Shown here: in pieces, positions 49,251 to 59,561 of the stretch
Layout of the letters: the number at the start of each line of letters is the position of its first letter
Numbering within the stretch: position 1 is the first letter of the stretch
Assembly: GCF_052102115.1 (NCBI RefSeq)
Contig: NZ_JBQDVP010000007.1
Span: forward strand, 1,605 to 65,604
Source: Microbacterium sp.
GTDB taxonomy: Bacteria > Actinomycetota > Actinomycetes > Actinomycetales > Microbacteriaceae
Length of the DNA stretch: 64,000 bases
Direction: 5' to 3'
Notes under the pieces: generated by a model
Told to the model about the DNA's origin: nothing
Seen by the model: only the letters and a program-made list of their open reading frames with translations
Database searches by the model: none
Program-made: the position numbers and the translations under genes

Positions 49251-50127
49251 CGATCATCGATGGGCAGAACAGCCCCGCCACGATGCGCGATGACTCGACG
49301 GCCGAGAAGGCTCGCGATCGCGCCGCACGCAGGGCCGAACGTCGCGCCGGCGCGAAGTCGCTCTCGCTGAGCCTCGGTGTGCTCCTGGCACTTCTCGTAC
49401 TCTGGCAGATCGTCGCCACCGTCTGGCCGTCGACGTACTGGCCGCCGCCGCTGAAGATCCTGCAGCGCATGGCCGAGCTGTGGCTTCCGAGCCTGGAACA
49501 GCCCGTGCCCCCGGGCCTCACGTCGGACGTGATCCCCAGCCTGTTGCGCATGGGTGCGGGCTTCGGGCTCGCCGTGGTGTTCGGGATCGTCCTGGGCATG
49601 GCACTCGGACTCTCTCGACGATTCGAGGGATACACCGACTGGATCCTGCAGTTCTTCCGCGCGATCCCGCCGCCCACGCTCTTTCCCGTCTTCCTGCTGC
49701 TGTTCGGAGTGAGTGACACCATGCGCGTCATGCTCATCGCCTTCGGCACGGTGTGGCCGATCCTTCTCAACACGATCGAGGGCGTGCGGTCCATCCCGCC
49801 GCTGACCTTCGAGTCCTCGTCGGTGTTCCGCATCCGATGGATGGATCGTCTTTTCGGCATCATCCTGCCGGCGGCCGCTCCCAAGATCCTCGCGGGCGTT
49901 CGCACCAGTCTCGGACTCGCGATCATCCTCATGGTGATCTCGGAGATGATGGCGACGACCAACGGCATCGGCTTCCAGCTCATCCAAGCCCAGCGGACGT
50001 TCCTCACGCTCGACATGTGGGCGGCGATCGCGCTGCTGGGCCTCATCGGTTACGTCCTGAACCTCATTCTTACGTACGTCGAGCGCCGCATCCTCACGTG
50101 GCAGCGTCTCGGTGGAAAGGAGACCTC

Positions 50128-50131
<4 letters not shown>
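49247..50131 (+). CDS. NitT/TauT-type ABC permease
   Basis: [15 protein letters not shown] and MVISEM motifs. Confidence 0.88.
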
Positions 50132-50961
<830 letters not shown>

Positions 50962-50970
50962 GGCGCAGGC

Positions 50971-51765
50971 ATGGATCTCGGCCTGCACGGCGCGCGTGTG
51001 GTCGTCACCGGCTCCTCCAGCGGGATCGGTTGGCAGACCGTTCGCGCGTTCATCGAGGAGGGTGCCGACGTCATCGGCGTCGACCGCACTCTGCCTCGCG
51101 ATGCCTCCGAGCTGGGCGCCGACGCCGAGTTCGCCGCGTTAGTGGTGGATCTCGTCGTGGATGAGGCGCCTGCGGCGGTTGCGGCGGCGGTGGCGGAGCG
51201 ATGGGGCGAGTTCGACGTCCTCGTCAACTGCGCGGGGGTCGCCCCCACGCGCGCGTCCGCCGTGGGCGTGGACGAGGCCGGGTGGGCGCACACTCTCGCG
51301 GCCAATCTGCTGGCCCCGGTGCGTCTCGTATCGGCCCTCGCGCCGATGCTCGCCGACGACATCGGTGTGGTCGTGAACATCGCATCCACGTCCGCCAGAG
51401 CACCCGAGCCGGCGATGGTGGACTATGCGGCGTCGAAGGCCGCGCTGGTCGCGTACACGAATGCCATCGCACAGGAACTCGGGCCTGGCGGCATCCGCGC
51501 AGTCGTGGTCAGTCCCGGCCCCACCCGCACCGAGCTGTGGGACGCCCCCGGCGGGTTCGTCGACGCGATCGCGAACGGCTACGGCATGTCACGCGAGGCA
51601 GCCGTGGATCACCACATCCGAAACATCCGTCGCATCCCGCTCGGGCGTCCCGGTGACGCGCGAGAGATCGCCGATTCCATCGTCTTCCTGGCCTCGCGAC
51701 GCTCGCGATTCACCACCGGCAGCGCGCTCGCCGTCCATGGGGGAATGGCGACGCATCCGGCGTGA
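50971..51765 (+). CDS. Short-chain dehydrogenase/reductase
   Basis: TGSSSGIG, LVNCAG and YAASK motifs. Confidence 0.85.
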   Translation: MDLGLHGARVVVTGSSSGIGWQTVRAFIEEGADVIGVDRTLPRDASELGADAEFAALVVDLVVDEAPAAVAAAVAERWGEFDVLVNCAGVAPTRASAVGVDEAGWAHTLAANLLAPVRLVSALAPMLADDIGVVVNIASTSARAPEPAMVDYAASKAALVAYTNAIAQELGPGGIRAVVVSPGPTRTELWDAPGGFVDAIANGYGMSREAAVDHHIRNIRRIPLGRPGDAREIADSIVFLASRRSRFTTGSALAVHGGMATHPA

Positions 51766-51831
51766 GCGTCCACAGACACCACCTCACCACCCGAACTCCG
51801 TCATCGTGACGGCACAGCAAGAGGAGAATCA

Positions 51832-52830
51832 ATGAAAGGCACCACAATCCGGTCACGCTTCGCGATCCTGGGCGCCGTCGCGGCGCTCGCGCTCACGTTG
51901 AGCGCCTGCGGATCGTCGACCGAACCCGCCGCCACGACCGAGCCGAGCGCCGGTGGTGGCGCCCCCGAGGTGACCGAGCTCACCGTGGGCATCGTCCCCG
52001 TCGTCGATCACGCGGGGATCTTCCAGGCCGTCAACGAGGGTTACTTCGAAGAAGAAGGCCTCACCGTCACAGTCCAGCCCGCGGCGAGCGGCGGAGCCCT
52101 CGGGCCTGCGCTGCTCGCGGGCGACCTCCAGGCGTCCTTCGCGACGTGGCCGTCGTGGTTCCTCGCGAACGAGAACGCCGCGCCGCTGCGCTTCGTGGGC
52201 CTCGGCGTCTCGGGTACCGAAGGAACGGCGGGAATCTACTCCGCTCCGGACTCCGACATCACCGAGCCCGCCGACCTCGAAGGCAAGACCATCGCCGTCA
52301 ACAGCCTGAAGAACACGGGCGAGCTGACGATCCGTGCGGTGCTGGACGCCGAGGGCGTCGATACGACGACGGTCACGTTCACCGAGCTCCCCTTCCCCGA
52401 CATGATCGGCGCGGTCACGCAGGGCAACGTCGATGCGATCTGGCTCGTCGAGCCGTTCGCGACAGGCGGCGACGATGCCGGTCTGGTGAAGGTCGCGCCC
52501 AGTTACACCGGCCCAACCGCCGACATCCCCGTTTCTGGAGTCGCCATGCTCGCGTCGTTCGTCGAGCAGAACCCGAACACGGCTGCGGCCTTCGCGCGGG
52601 CGCTGGCCAAGGGCAACGCCGACATCGCGGCCGACCCCGAACTGGCGCGGGAGATCCTCCTGGCCGCACCGTTCAACCAGAAGCCCGAGGTCGTGGAGGC
52701 GATGAACCTTCCCGCGTGGGTCGAGGGCTATCCGACGGCCGAAGGGCTCGAGATCTGGAACGAGCTGATGGTCGAATACGATCTGCTTCCCGCAGCCGTC
52801 GACCTCTCGGGCGTCGTCTTCCAGCCCTGA
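51832..52830 (+). CDS. ABC substrate-binding lipoprotein (NMT1/SsuA-like)
   Basis: Lipobox LSAC; DLEGKTIAV and VDAIWLVEPF motifs. Confidence 0.85.
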   Translation: MKGTTIRSRFAILGAVAALALTLSACGSSTEPAATTEPSAGGGAPEVTELTVGIVPVVDHAGIFQAVNEGYFEEEGLTVTVQPAASGGALGPALLAGDLQASFATWPSWFLANENAAPLRFVGLGVSGTEGTAGIYSAPDSDITEPADLEGKTIAVNSLKNTGELTIRAVLDAEGVDTTTVTFTELPFPDMIGAVTQGNVDAIWLVEPFATGGDDAGLVKVAPSYTGPTADIPVSGVAMLASFVEQNPNTAAAFARALAKGNADIAADPELAREILLAAPFNQKPEVVEAMNLPAWVEGYPTAEGLEIWNELMVEYDLLPAAVDLSGVVFQP

Positions 52831-52837
52831 CAACGAC

Positions 52838-52878
52838 GTGTGTCCGGGGCGGCACCGCGCCGCCCCGGACACACTTTT
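52838..52878 (+). terminator. Intrinsic terminator-like hairpin between the SBP and ALDH genes
   Basis: GTGTGTCCGGGGCGGC / GCCGCCCCGGACACAC followed by TTTT. Confidence 0.7.
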
Positions 52879-52915
52879 CCGCACGATAGAGTCCGCACGA
52901 TAGAGAAGGAATCCC

Positions 52916-54349
52916 ATGACAGAGCGTTATGGCCACATCATCGATGGCCACGAGGTCGAGTCGACACTCGGCCACCAGTTCCAGAGCATCGATCCCTATG
53001 ACCAGAAGCCGTGGGCCGAAGTGGCATTCGGCGGCGCTCCCGATGTCGACCGCGCGGTGGCCGCAGCCCGGCACGCGTTCGACGAGGGTCCCTGGCCGCG
53101 CATGACGCACGAAGAGCGACGCTCGCTGATCCACCGGTTCGCGGATCTCATCATCGAGAACGGCGCAGAGCTCGCCCTCGCCGACACGCGCGACATGGGC
53201 AAGCCCTACGCGCAGGCGCTCGGCAACGACGTGCCCCGGACGGCCGCCAACTTCCGCTTCTTCGCCGATCACGCCGCGCTCGCCACCGGTGACGTGTATC
53301 CGCGCGACGATCGCCACCACCTGTACTCCAGCTACGACCCGGCGGGCGTCGTCGCGGCGATCGCGCCGTGGAACTTCCCCATGATGCTCGAGAGCTGGAA
53401 GGTCGCCCCCGCCCTGGCGTGGGGCAACACCGTCGTGCTCAAGCCCGCCGAGGACTCCCCGGCGTCGGCCACGATCCTCGCGCGGCTCGCGCTCGAAGCC
53501 GGCATTCCGGCGGGCGTCTTCAACGTCGTGCATGGCTACGGCCCGGACTCCGCAGGTCAGGCCCTGACCGAGAGCCCCTTCATCGACCGCATCACCTTCA
53601 CGGGCGAGTCCAACACGGGGCGCGTCATCGCCGCTGCGGCGGCGAAGAACCTCGTGCCGGTCAGCCTCGAGCTCGGCGGTAAGGGCGCCAACATCGTGTT
53701 CGACGACGCCGACATCGACAACGCGGTGGAGTGGTCGATCAATGCCGCGTTCACCAACACCGGTCAGGTGTGTCTGGCGGGTTCGCGGCTGTACGTGCAG
53801 CGCGGCATCCTGCCCGAGTTCAAGCGGCGTTTCGTCGCCGCCGCCGAAGCGATGGTCGTGGGCGACCCCAAGGACGATTCCACCCAGATCGGTCCACTGT
53901 CGTCGGACGAGCACTACACCAAGGTGCGTCGCTACTTCGATAGCATCGAGCAGGCCGGCGGTTCGATCGACACCGGTCGGCTCGGCGACGGCTGGACCAT
54001 CACGCCCACGGTCATCTCGGGTCTGTCCGAAGAAGCCCCGCACCTTCGCGAAGAGATCTTCGGTCCCATCGTGTCGATGACCCCGTTCGACACCGTCGAC
54101 GAGGCGGTGCGGCTCGTGAACGCGTCGCCCTTCGGCCTGAACGCGATGATGTTCACCGAGAACCTGTCGACGGCCCACAAGGTCGCCGGCCGCCTCCGCG
54201 TCGGCACAGTGTGGGTGAACTGCTTCTTCATCCGCGACCTGCGCGCTCCGTTCGGCGGTGCGGGCGATTCGGGTGTCGGGCGAGAAGGCGGCAACTTCAG
54301 CCGCGAGTTCTTCACCGAGCCCAAGGCCGTCGTCATGCAGCTGAACTGA
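52916..54349 (+). CDS. 2-hydroxymuconic semialdehyde dehydrogenase-like aldehyde dehydrogenase
   Basis: RTAANFRFFAD, PWNFP, FTGES.TG, ELGGK, GQVCLAGSR and IRDLRAPFGG motifs. Confidence 0.82.
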   Translation: MTERYGHIIDGHEVESTLGHQFQSIDPYDQKPWAEVAFGGAPDVDRAVAAARHAFDEGPWPRMTHEERRSLIHRFADLIIENGAELALADTRDMGKPYAQALGNDVPRTAANFRFFADHAALATGDVYPRDDRHHLYSSYDPAGVVAAIAPWNFPMMLESWKVAPALAWGNTVVLKPAEDSPASATILARLALEAGIPAGVFNVVHGYGPDSAGQALTESPFIDRITFTGESNTGRVIAAAAAKNLVPVSLELGGKGANIVFDDADIDNAVEWSINAAFTNTGQVCLAGSRLYVQRGILPEFKRRFVAAAEAMVVGDPKDDSTQIGPLSSDEHYTKVRRYFDSIEQAGGSIDTGRLGDGWTITPTVISGLSEEAPHLREEIFGPIVSMTPFDTVDEAVRLVNASPFGLNAMMFTENLSTAHKVAGRLRVGTVWVNCFFIRDLRAPFGGAGDSGVGREGGNFSREFFTEPKAVVMQLN

Positions 54350-54377
54350 TCCACCCGACCTCGCAAGGAGAAACGAC

Positions 54378-54575
54378 ATGCCGCTCATCACCGTAAACAT
54401 CGCCGAGGGTCGTTCCGAGGCGGACATCCGCAAGCTCATGGCCGCGCTGCACACCGCGGCGCACGAGTCGATCGGCGCACCGGAGCCGAGCATCCGCGTG
54501 ATCGTGAACGAGGTCGCCACGGACCGGTGGCTGAGCGGCGGGCAGACGCTCGCCGAGAAGGCTGCCCGCAGCTGA
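54378..54575 (+). CDS. 4-oxalocrotonate tautomerase family protein
   Basis: 65 aa with catalytic Pro1 (MPLITV) and GRS motif. Confidence 0.85.
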   Translation: MPLITVNIAEGRSEADIRKLMAALHTAAHESIGAPEPSIRVIVNEVATDRWLSGGQTLAEKAARS

Positions 54576-54601
54576 CCAGACGCCTGCGCGGGCGGGCCGC
54601 C

Positions 54602-55564
54602 TCACACTTCGAGCGACGCCTCCAGGGGTGGGGTGGCCCACGAGTGGAACGTGGCCGGCACCGGGGTGCCCCACGCCGTGCCGCGACCGTCGGCCTCGGT
54701 GGTCCACGTCACCGGCTCCCAGTCCGGCTGGAAGATGTGGATGCCGTCGGTGAAGATCTCGACGCGGTTGCCGCCTGGCTCGATGACGTACACGAAGAAG
54801 CCCTGCGTGCGCGAGTGCTTCGCCGGGCCGAACTCGACCGGAGTGCCCAGCTGGAGGAACATGTCCGCTGCGCGGATCACGTCCATGTGACTCTCGACCG
54901 CGTAGGCGAGGTGGTGCAGGCGTCCCTCTGTGGGCGAGGGCTCCCTTGTCAGCGCGAGGTCGTGCGCCTTCGTCATGACACTCAGCCACGCGCCGACCTC
55001 GTCGCCGCCGGCCGGAGTCAGCCGTTCGCGCAGCTTGAAGCCGAGCGTCTCTTGCTGAAACGCGCTCGCCGCTGCCACATCGGGCACCAGCACGTTGATG
55101 TGGTCGATGTGCGCGGCCGCCGCCCCGTGCGGAATGAACCGTTGTGCCTGGTTCGGCAGGTAGGGCTCCTCGCCGGGCGGGGCCACGTACTTCTCGGTCT
55201 CGAAGTAGACCTCCTGCACGTGGCCGCCGATGCCGGCGAACCTGTAGGCGGCGCCGTGGCCGAGATCGCCGTCGTGCCATTCGCCCTCGATGCCGCGCGC
55301 CTCCAGAGCGTCCACGGGGCGCTGGAGCGCCTGCGGACTCGTCGTGCGCCATGCCATGTGGCCCAGGCCCGGGTGCGTGGTCGCGGTCAGCCGCAGGGAC
55401 GTGAGAACGTCGTCGTTCCAGGCACGCAGGTACACGGCATCCTTCGTCTCACCGACGGGGAACAGTCCGTAGGTGTCGGTGAAGAATCGTGCGCTCGCCT
55501 CGAGATCCGGCGTCAGCAACTCGACGTGGCCGAGCTGGGCCACGTCGTAGATGGGCTCGGACAT
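54602..55564 (-). CDS. Catechol 2,3-dioxygenase (VOC type I)
   Basis: LGHVEL, IDHINV, AHDLAL, LHHLAY, GPAKH and EPGGNRVEIF motifs. Confidence 0.88.
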   Translation of the reverse strand: MSEPIYDVAQLGHVELLTPDLEASARFFTDTYGLFPVGETKDAVYLRAWNDDVLTSLRLTATTHPGLGHMAWRTTSPQALQRPVDALEARGIEGEWHDGDLGHGAAYRFAGIGGHVQEVYFETEKYVAPPGEEPYLPNQAQRFIPHGAAAAHIDHINVLVPDVAAASAFQQETLGFKLRERLTPAGGDEVGAWLSVMTKAHDLALTREPSPTEGRLHHLAYAVESHMDVIRAADMFLQLGTPVEFGPAKHSRTQGFFVYVIEPGGNRVEIFTDGIHIFQPDWEPVTWTTEADGRGTAWGTPVPATFHSWATPPLEASLEV

Positions 55565-55565
55565 G

Positions 55566-56507
55566 TCAGACGCGTGTCTGCGCCGCTTCGGTCAGCGCCT
55601 GAACGGCCGCGGCATCCGCGTCGTTGTCGGCGGTGAGGATCTGACGCTGAGTCGACGGCTTCTGCGAGCTGCCGCCCCACATGTCGATCGCACCGAACAT
55701 CGTCGGATCGAAGGTGCGGGGGATCCAGGCGTCGTCGTCGTGAATCAGCCGCACGTTCCACGAGTACTCGTACGTGAAGCCCTCGGGACCCTTGAAGTAG
55801 AGGAAGACGGCGCCCGACTGCGGGTGGCGGCCGGGCCCCTGCTCGATCTCGACGTCGTGCTCCTTGAGGAAGTTCCAGTTGCGGAAGATCGCGTCGATCT
55901 CGTCGACCTGGAAGTTCATGTGGCAGAGGCCCGGCTCATCGCCCTGGAAGACCGCCAGAGTGTGGTGCACCGGGTTGAAGCGCATGAGCGCTGCGTTGTT
56001 CTGCACCCAGTCCGACACCTTGATGTTGAAGTTTTCGGTCCAGAACTCCGCCGCCTTGTAGATGTCTTTCGCGTCGACGCACAAGTGCCCGAACTCGGTG
56101 ATACCGCTCGATGCGCGCGTCAGCTCCAGGAACGACGGGTCGTGCATCTGCCCGATCACGAGGTCGAACTTGTTGCCCCAGGGGTCATCGAATGAGATGA
56201 AGTCCGTCACGCGGCGGCTGCGCGCTTCTTCGTCGGTGCCGCGATGCACGCGGATGCCGATGGATTCGAGGTGTTTGGCGGCATTGTGCAGCGCCTTGTC
56301 GTCGCGCAGGACGAGGCCGCTCGAGAGCACTCCGCTCTCGCCCTCGACGAACGCGAGGCAGTGCTGACGCTTGTCGGCGCGCAGGTAGTGGACACCGTCG
56401 TCGGCGCCCTGATACTTCATTCCGACGATGTCGCGGGCGAAGCCGACGGCGGTATCGACGTCCTTCGCGCCGCTTCGGACATAGCCGATGTCAACGAGTT
56501 CGATCAT
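55566..56507 (-). CDS. BphC-like VOC extradiol dioxygenase
   Basis: FGHL, HHTLA, CHMNFQV, GPGRH and FTYEYSW ligand pattern. Confidence 0.78.
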   Translation of the reverse strand: MIELVDIGYVRSGAKDVDTAVGFARDIVGMKYQGADDGVHYLRADKRQHCLAFVEGESGVLSSGLVLRDDKALHNAAKHLESIGIRVHRGTDEEARSRRVTDFISFDDPWGNKFDLVIGQMHDPSFLELTRASSGITEFGHLCVDAKDIYKAAEFWTENFNIKVSDWVQNNAALMRFNPVHHTLAVFQGDEPGLCHMNFQVDEIDAIFRNWNFLKEHDVEIEQGPGRHPQSGAVFLYFKGPEGFTYEYSWNVRLIHDDDAWIPRTFDPTMFGAIDMWGGSSQKPSTQRQILTADNDADAAAVQALTEAAQTRV

Positions 56508-56546
56508 TTCAATTGCTCCTTCGTCGGAGGTGGCGTACTTTCAGTA

Positions 56547-56564
56547 TAGGTATACATATACATA
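56547..56564. promoter_or_regulatory. Second putative PadR operator TAGGTAT-ACAT-ATACATA
   Basis: Same 7-4-7 geometry and half-sites as 39334-39351; lies between the divergent dioxygenase and padR genes. Confidence 0.65.
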
Positions 56565-56592
56565 TGTCACAAGTGATACTAGGGTGGCACTC

Positions 56593-57162
56593 GTGTCCCT
56601 GCGCTTCGCGATTCTCGGCATCCTCGAGGCCACGCCCATGACGGGGTACGAGCTGGGTCAGCGGTTCGCCTCGAGTGCACGATGGGTGTGGTCGGCTCCC
56701 CGGAGCCAGATCTATCCGCTGCTGGCCAAGCTCGAAGCCGACGGGCTCATCGCGGGGGAGCACGCCATCGTCGATGGGCGTGCCCAGCGCCGCTATGGCA
56801 TCACCGGCGACGGATGCCGCGAACTGCGCCGGTGGGTGAGCGAAGCGCACGACCTGCCGCCGGTGCGCGACCCGATGCTGCTGCACGCACTGTTCCTTGA
56901 CATCGTCGGCGTCTCCGAAGCCGAGGAGGTGCTCCGAGGCGAATGGGCGGCCGAGCGCGCGCGGATCGTCGAGTGGGAGGCACACCGCGATGCGCTCGCA
57001 GCGGGGAAGACGCCGGTGATCCGGGCCCGGCTGCGCAATCGCGATCCGAGCGAGCACGAGCGGATCACCCGCATCAAGGCCGCGGCCTTCAACGGTCTGG
57101 TCGAGACCGGTCGTGCGCGGCTGCGGTGGCTAGAGTCGATGATCGAAGCGGTCCGCGACTGA
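56593..57162 (+). CDS. PadR family regulator
   Basis: LRFAILGIL...TGYEL...RSQIYPLL.KLE...YGITGDG. Confidence 0.88.
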   Translation: MSLRFAILGILEATPMTGYELGQRFASSARWVWSAPRSQIYPLLAKLEADGLIAGEHAIVDGRAQRRYGITGDGCRELRRWVSEAHDLPPVRDPMLLHALFLDIVGVSEAEEVLRGEWAAERARIVEWEAHRDALAAGKTPVIRARLRNRDPSEHERITRIKAAAFNGLVETGRARLRWLESMIEAVRD

Positions 57163-57218
57163 CGTCCCCGGCGCCGAGCCAGCCGTGCCGGATCGGGCCG
57201 AAGCCTTGTTGCGCCGGG

Positions 57219-57597
57219 TCAGGCAGGGGCGCGCCAGAGGCTGCGGCGCTCGATGAACTCCGCCGTCATGGTCGAGGCGTGCTCTTCGGGCGCCTGCGCG
57301 TCGAGCATGCGGATCGCCATCGTGACGCCGAGCTCGCCCAGCCGTTCGAGCGGTGGTCGGATCGTGGTGAGCGCCGGCATCATGAAGTCCGCACCGAACA
57401 CATCGTCGTTGCCGCAGACGCTCAGCTCGTCCGGAACCGAGACGCCGAGCCGCTGGAGTTCGAGGATCAGCCCGATGGCGCGGAGGTCGTTGAACGCGAC
57501 CACCAGCGTCGCACGCGAGGCGAGCACCGGCGCGGCCGCCTCCCGCCCGCCGTCCAGCCCAAACGGGAAGGCTCCGAGCGTCTCGATCCGCAGCCCG
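57219..57597 (-). pseudogene. LacI-family regulator, C-terminal fragment
   Basis: VVAFNDLRAIG, SVCGNDD and LTTIRPP motifs; no HTH; begins immediately after the ritC stop. Confidence 0.8.
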
Positions 57598-58626
57598 TCA
57601 GGTAGTGAGTCCGCAGAGTCGCCGGATGATGTCGTCTCGGTCGTGCCACATCGGTACGGCCGGTGGACTGGCGGTGCCGACGGTGGTCTTGGCGAGAGCT
57701 CGACGTTTCATCTCGGTGTCGGCGTGGGCGTAGATGAGTGTGGTCTCGGGATCCGTGTGCCCGAGCCATTCGGTGATCAGCGCCAGGGGCATGCCCGCTT
57801 GGTAGAGGTGCATGGCACGGGAGTGGCGCAGCATGTGGGGGTGTACCTTCTCCGGGATCTCCGTGCAGCTCTCGCGGGCGGTGCTGGCATGATGGCGAAC
57901 GAATCGGCCGACGTTGTCGTCGGACATGCGTGTCTTGCGGTGACCGTGGATGGTGAAGAACAACGGCTGGTCAGCGGTGGGATCGTGGTGGAACACCTCG
58001 GTGTAGCGGCGATAGTGGGCAGCGGTCTCGCTGGTGATAGGTAGCCGCCGCGGTTTCGCACCCTTCCCGACCAGGTCGACGGTGAGTCGCCTGAGATCGA
58101 TATCGCCGACGGTCAGGGCGAGCATCTCAGCGTCGCGGGCCGCGACGTCATACATCAAGATCATGAAGAACTGGTCGCGAAGGCCGGTCTTCGTGGCGTG
58201 ATCGGGCGCGGCAAGCAGCGCCGTGACGGCGCCGGTCGTCAGATAGTGGACGGATGGGGTCGCTGTGGTCTTCAGCTGCGGGACGCCGTTGACGTCAGCC
58301 AGGTGGATGGCGAGGATCGGTTCGGCGGTAGCGGCGTAGCGGAAGAAGGACCGGATGCAGGCGAGCCGTTGGTTGTAGGTCGTCGCGGTCCACGAACGCG
58401 TTGCCCTCATGTGGTCGAGGAATTCGATGATGCAGGCCCGGTTAATGATGGAGAACGTCACGTGCTCGAGTGGGACCCCGCGGGTCTCCGCGACGTATCC
58501 CAGGAGCATATTCCAGGTGTGGCGGCACGCGGTGATCGTGTGCGGGCTGACTCCGCGTTGCCGAGGCATGAAAACGGTGAACCACTCGCGCAGGTGCCGG
58601 TAGAAGTCGTCGGTGGGATTGGTCAT
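57598..58626 (-). CDS. Tyrosine recombinase, third gene of the RIT trio (RitC-like)
   Basis: AAR.AE, GKG.K.R, HPHMLRHS and WLGH....TLIY catalytic residues are intact. Confidence 0.9.
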   Translation of the reverse strand: MTNPTDDFYRHLREWFTVFMPRQRGVSPHTITACRHTWNMLLGYVAETRGVPLEHVTFSIINRACIIEFLDHMRATRSWTATTYNQRLACIRSFFRYAATAEPILAIHLADVNGVPQLKTTATPSVHYLTTGAVTALLAAPDHATKTGLRDQFFMILMYDVAARDAEMLALTVGDIDLRRLTVDLVGKGAKPRRLPITSETAAHYRRYTEVFHHDPTADQPLFFTIHGHRKTRMSDDNVGRFVRHHASTARESCTEIPEKVHPHMLRHSRAMHLYQAGMPLALITEWLGHTDPETTLIYAHADTEMKRRALAKTTVGTASPPAVPMWHDRDDIIRRLCGLTT

Positions 58627-59561
58627 GATGTCACTTCCGGGATGATGCCCGCCGCGCTCGTCAGGCCGGTTGCGGCCAGGCGCTCGGGAAGCAGATGGAT
58701 GTAGTAGGCAGTGGTCGAGTAGGTGTTGTGACCCATGTAGGCCGACAGGTACGGCAGCCAGACATTGAGGTCGCGGCCCTCCTCGACCCATCGCGTCAGG
58801 GTGCGTGTGGCGTAGTTGTGGCGCAGCGTGTACGGCGTGGAACCGGGTGCGACGCCGCCCGCACGATCACGGCAGCGGTGATAGTGGGCCGTGATCCAGC
58901 GGCCCGGGTAGGGCTGTTCTGGGTGGTCCTCGAAGAAGAACTCCCGGCCGGGCCGGCGCAGATCGGCGAGCTCGTCAAACCGGGCCAACAGGTCGGCCAT
59001 GCCGGTGTCCACCGGGACACGGCGGTCCTTGTTCCGTTTCGACTGCTCGATCGTCACGATGGCGCCGCCGAGGTCGACGTTCCGGCGGCGGAGCAGTCGG
59101 GCTTCTTGGGGCCGCAGCCCGCAGCCCAGCATCAGTCGGAAGAGCACCGGGATCGTGTACTCACGGAATGGGCTGGTCCCGGAGGGGGTGACCAAGTCGG
59201 TAGCTCCGAAGAAGGCGGCCAGTTCGCTGTCACTGAAGATGTGGGGCAGGTTCCTGGTGGGCTGTCGGATCCACTGCGCGGGCAGCACGAATGCTTCCAC
59301 GCCGACCAGGTGCAGGTACCTGCCGAACTCGCGAATCGCGTGGCCCTTGTACGCAGGCCATTCAACCCTCGCGCCTTCTTGACACCAGGCGGTGACCAGT
59401 TCCCGGGTCAGGATCGGCTCGCCAGGCGGGTGTGCGACGCAATACCGGTCGAAGCTGAGCATCGGATACGCGAGTGTGCGGCGGGAGTAGCCGAGAGCTG
59501 TGCGCCACTGGAGCATCGCCTCGATGTGAGTGGCGAAGCCGCTGCTGAACGTGATGGTCAT
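58623..59561 (-). CDS. Tyrosine recombinase, second gene of the RIT trio (RitB-like)
   Basis: CGLRPQE, SK.NKDR, YTLRHNYA and LSAYMGH....TAYY motifs; ATGA overlaps on both sides. Confidence 0.9.
   Translation of the reverse strand: MTITFSSGFATHIEAMLQWRTALGYSRRTLAYPMLSFDRYCVAHPPGEPILTRELVTAWCQEGARVEWPAYKGHAIREFGRYLHLVGVEAFVLPAQWIRQPTRNLPHIFSDSELAAFFGATDLVTPSGTSPFREYTIPVLFRLMLGCGLRPQEARLLRRRNVDLGGAIVTIEQSKRNKDRRVPVDTGMADLLARFDELADLRRPGREFFFEDHPEQPYPGRWITAHYHRCRDRAGGVAPGSTPYTLRHNYATRTLTRWVEEGRDLNVWLPYLSAYMGHNTYSTTAYYIHLLPERLAATGLTSAAGIIPEVTS

Noticed and set aside
56551-56567. ACATAT-AC-ATATGT as an independent operator
   Set aside because: It overlaps the 7-4-7 site that matches the other PadR box, which explains the region more simply.
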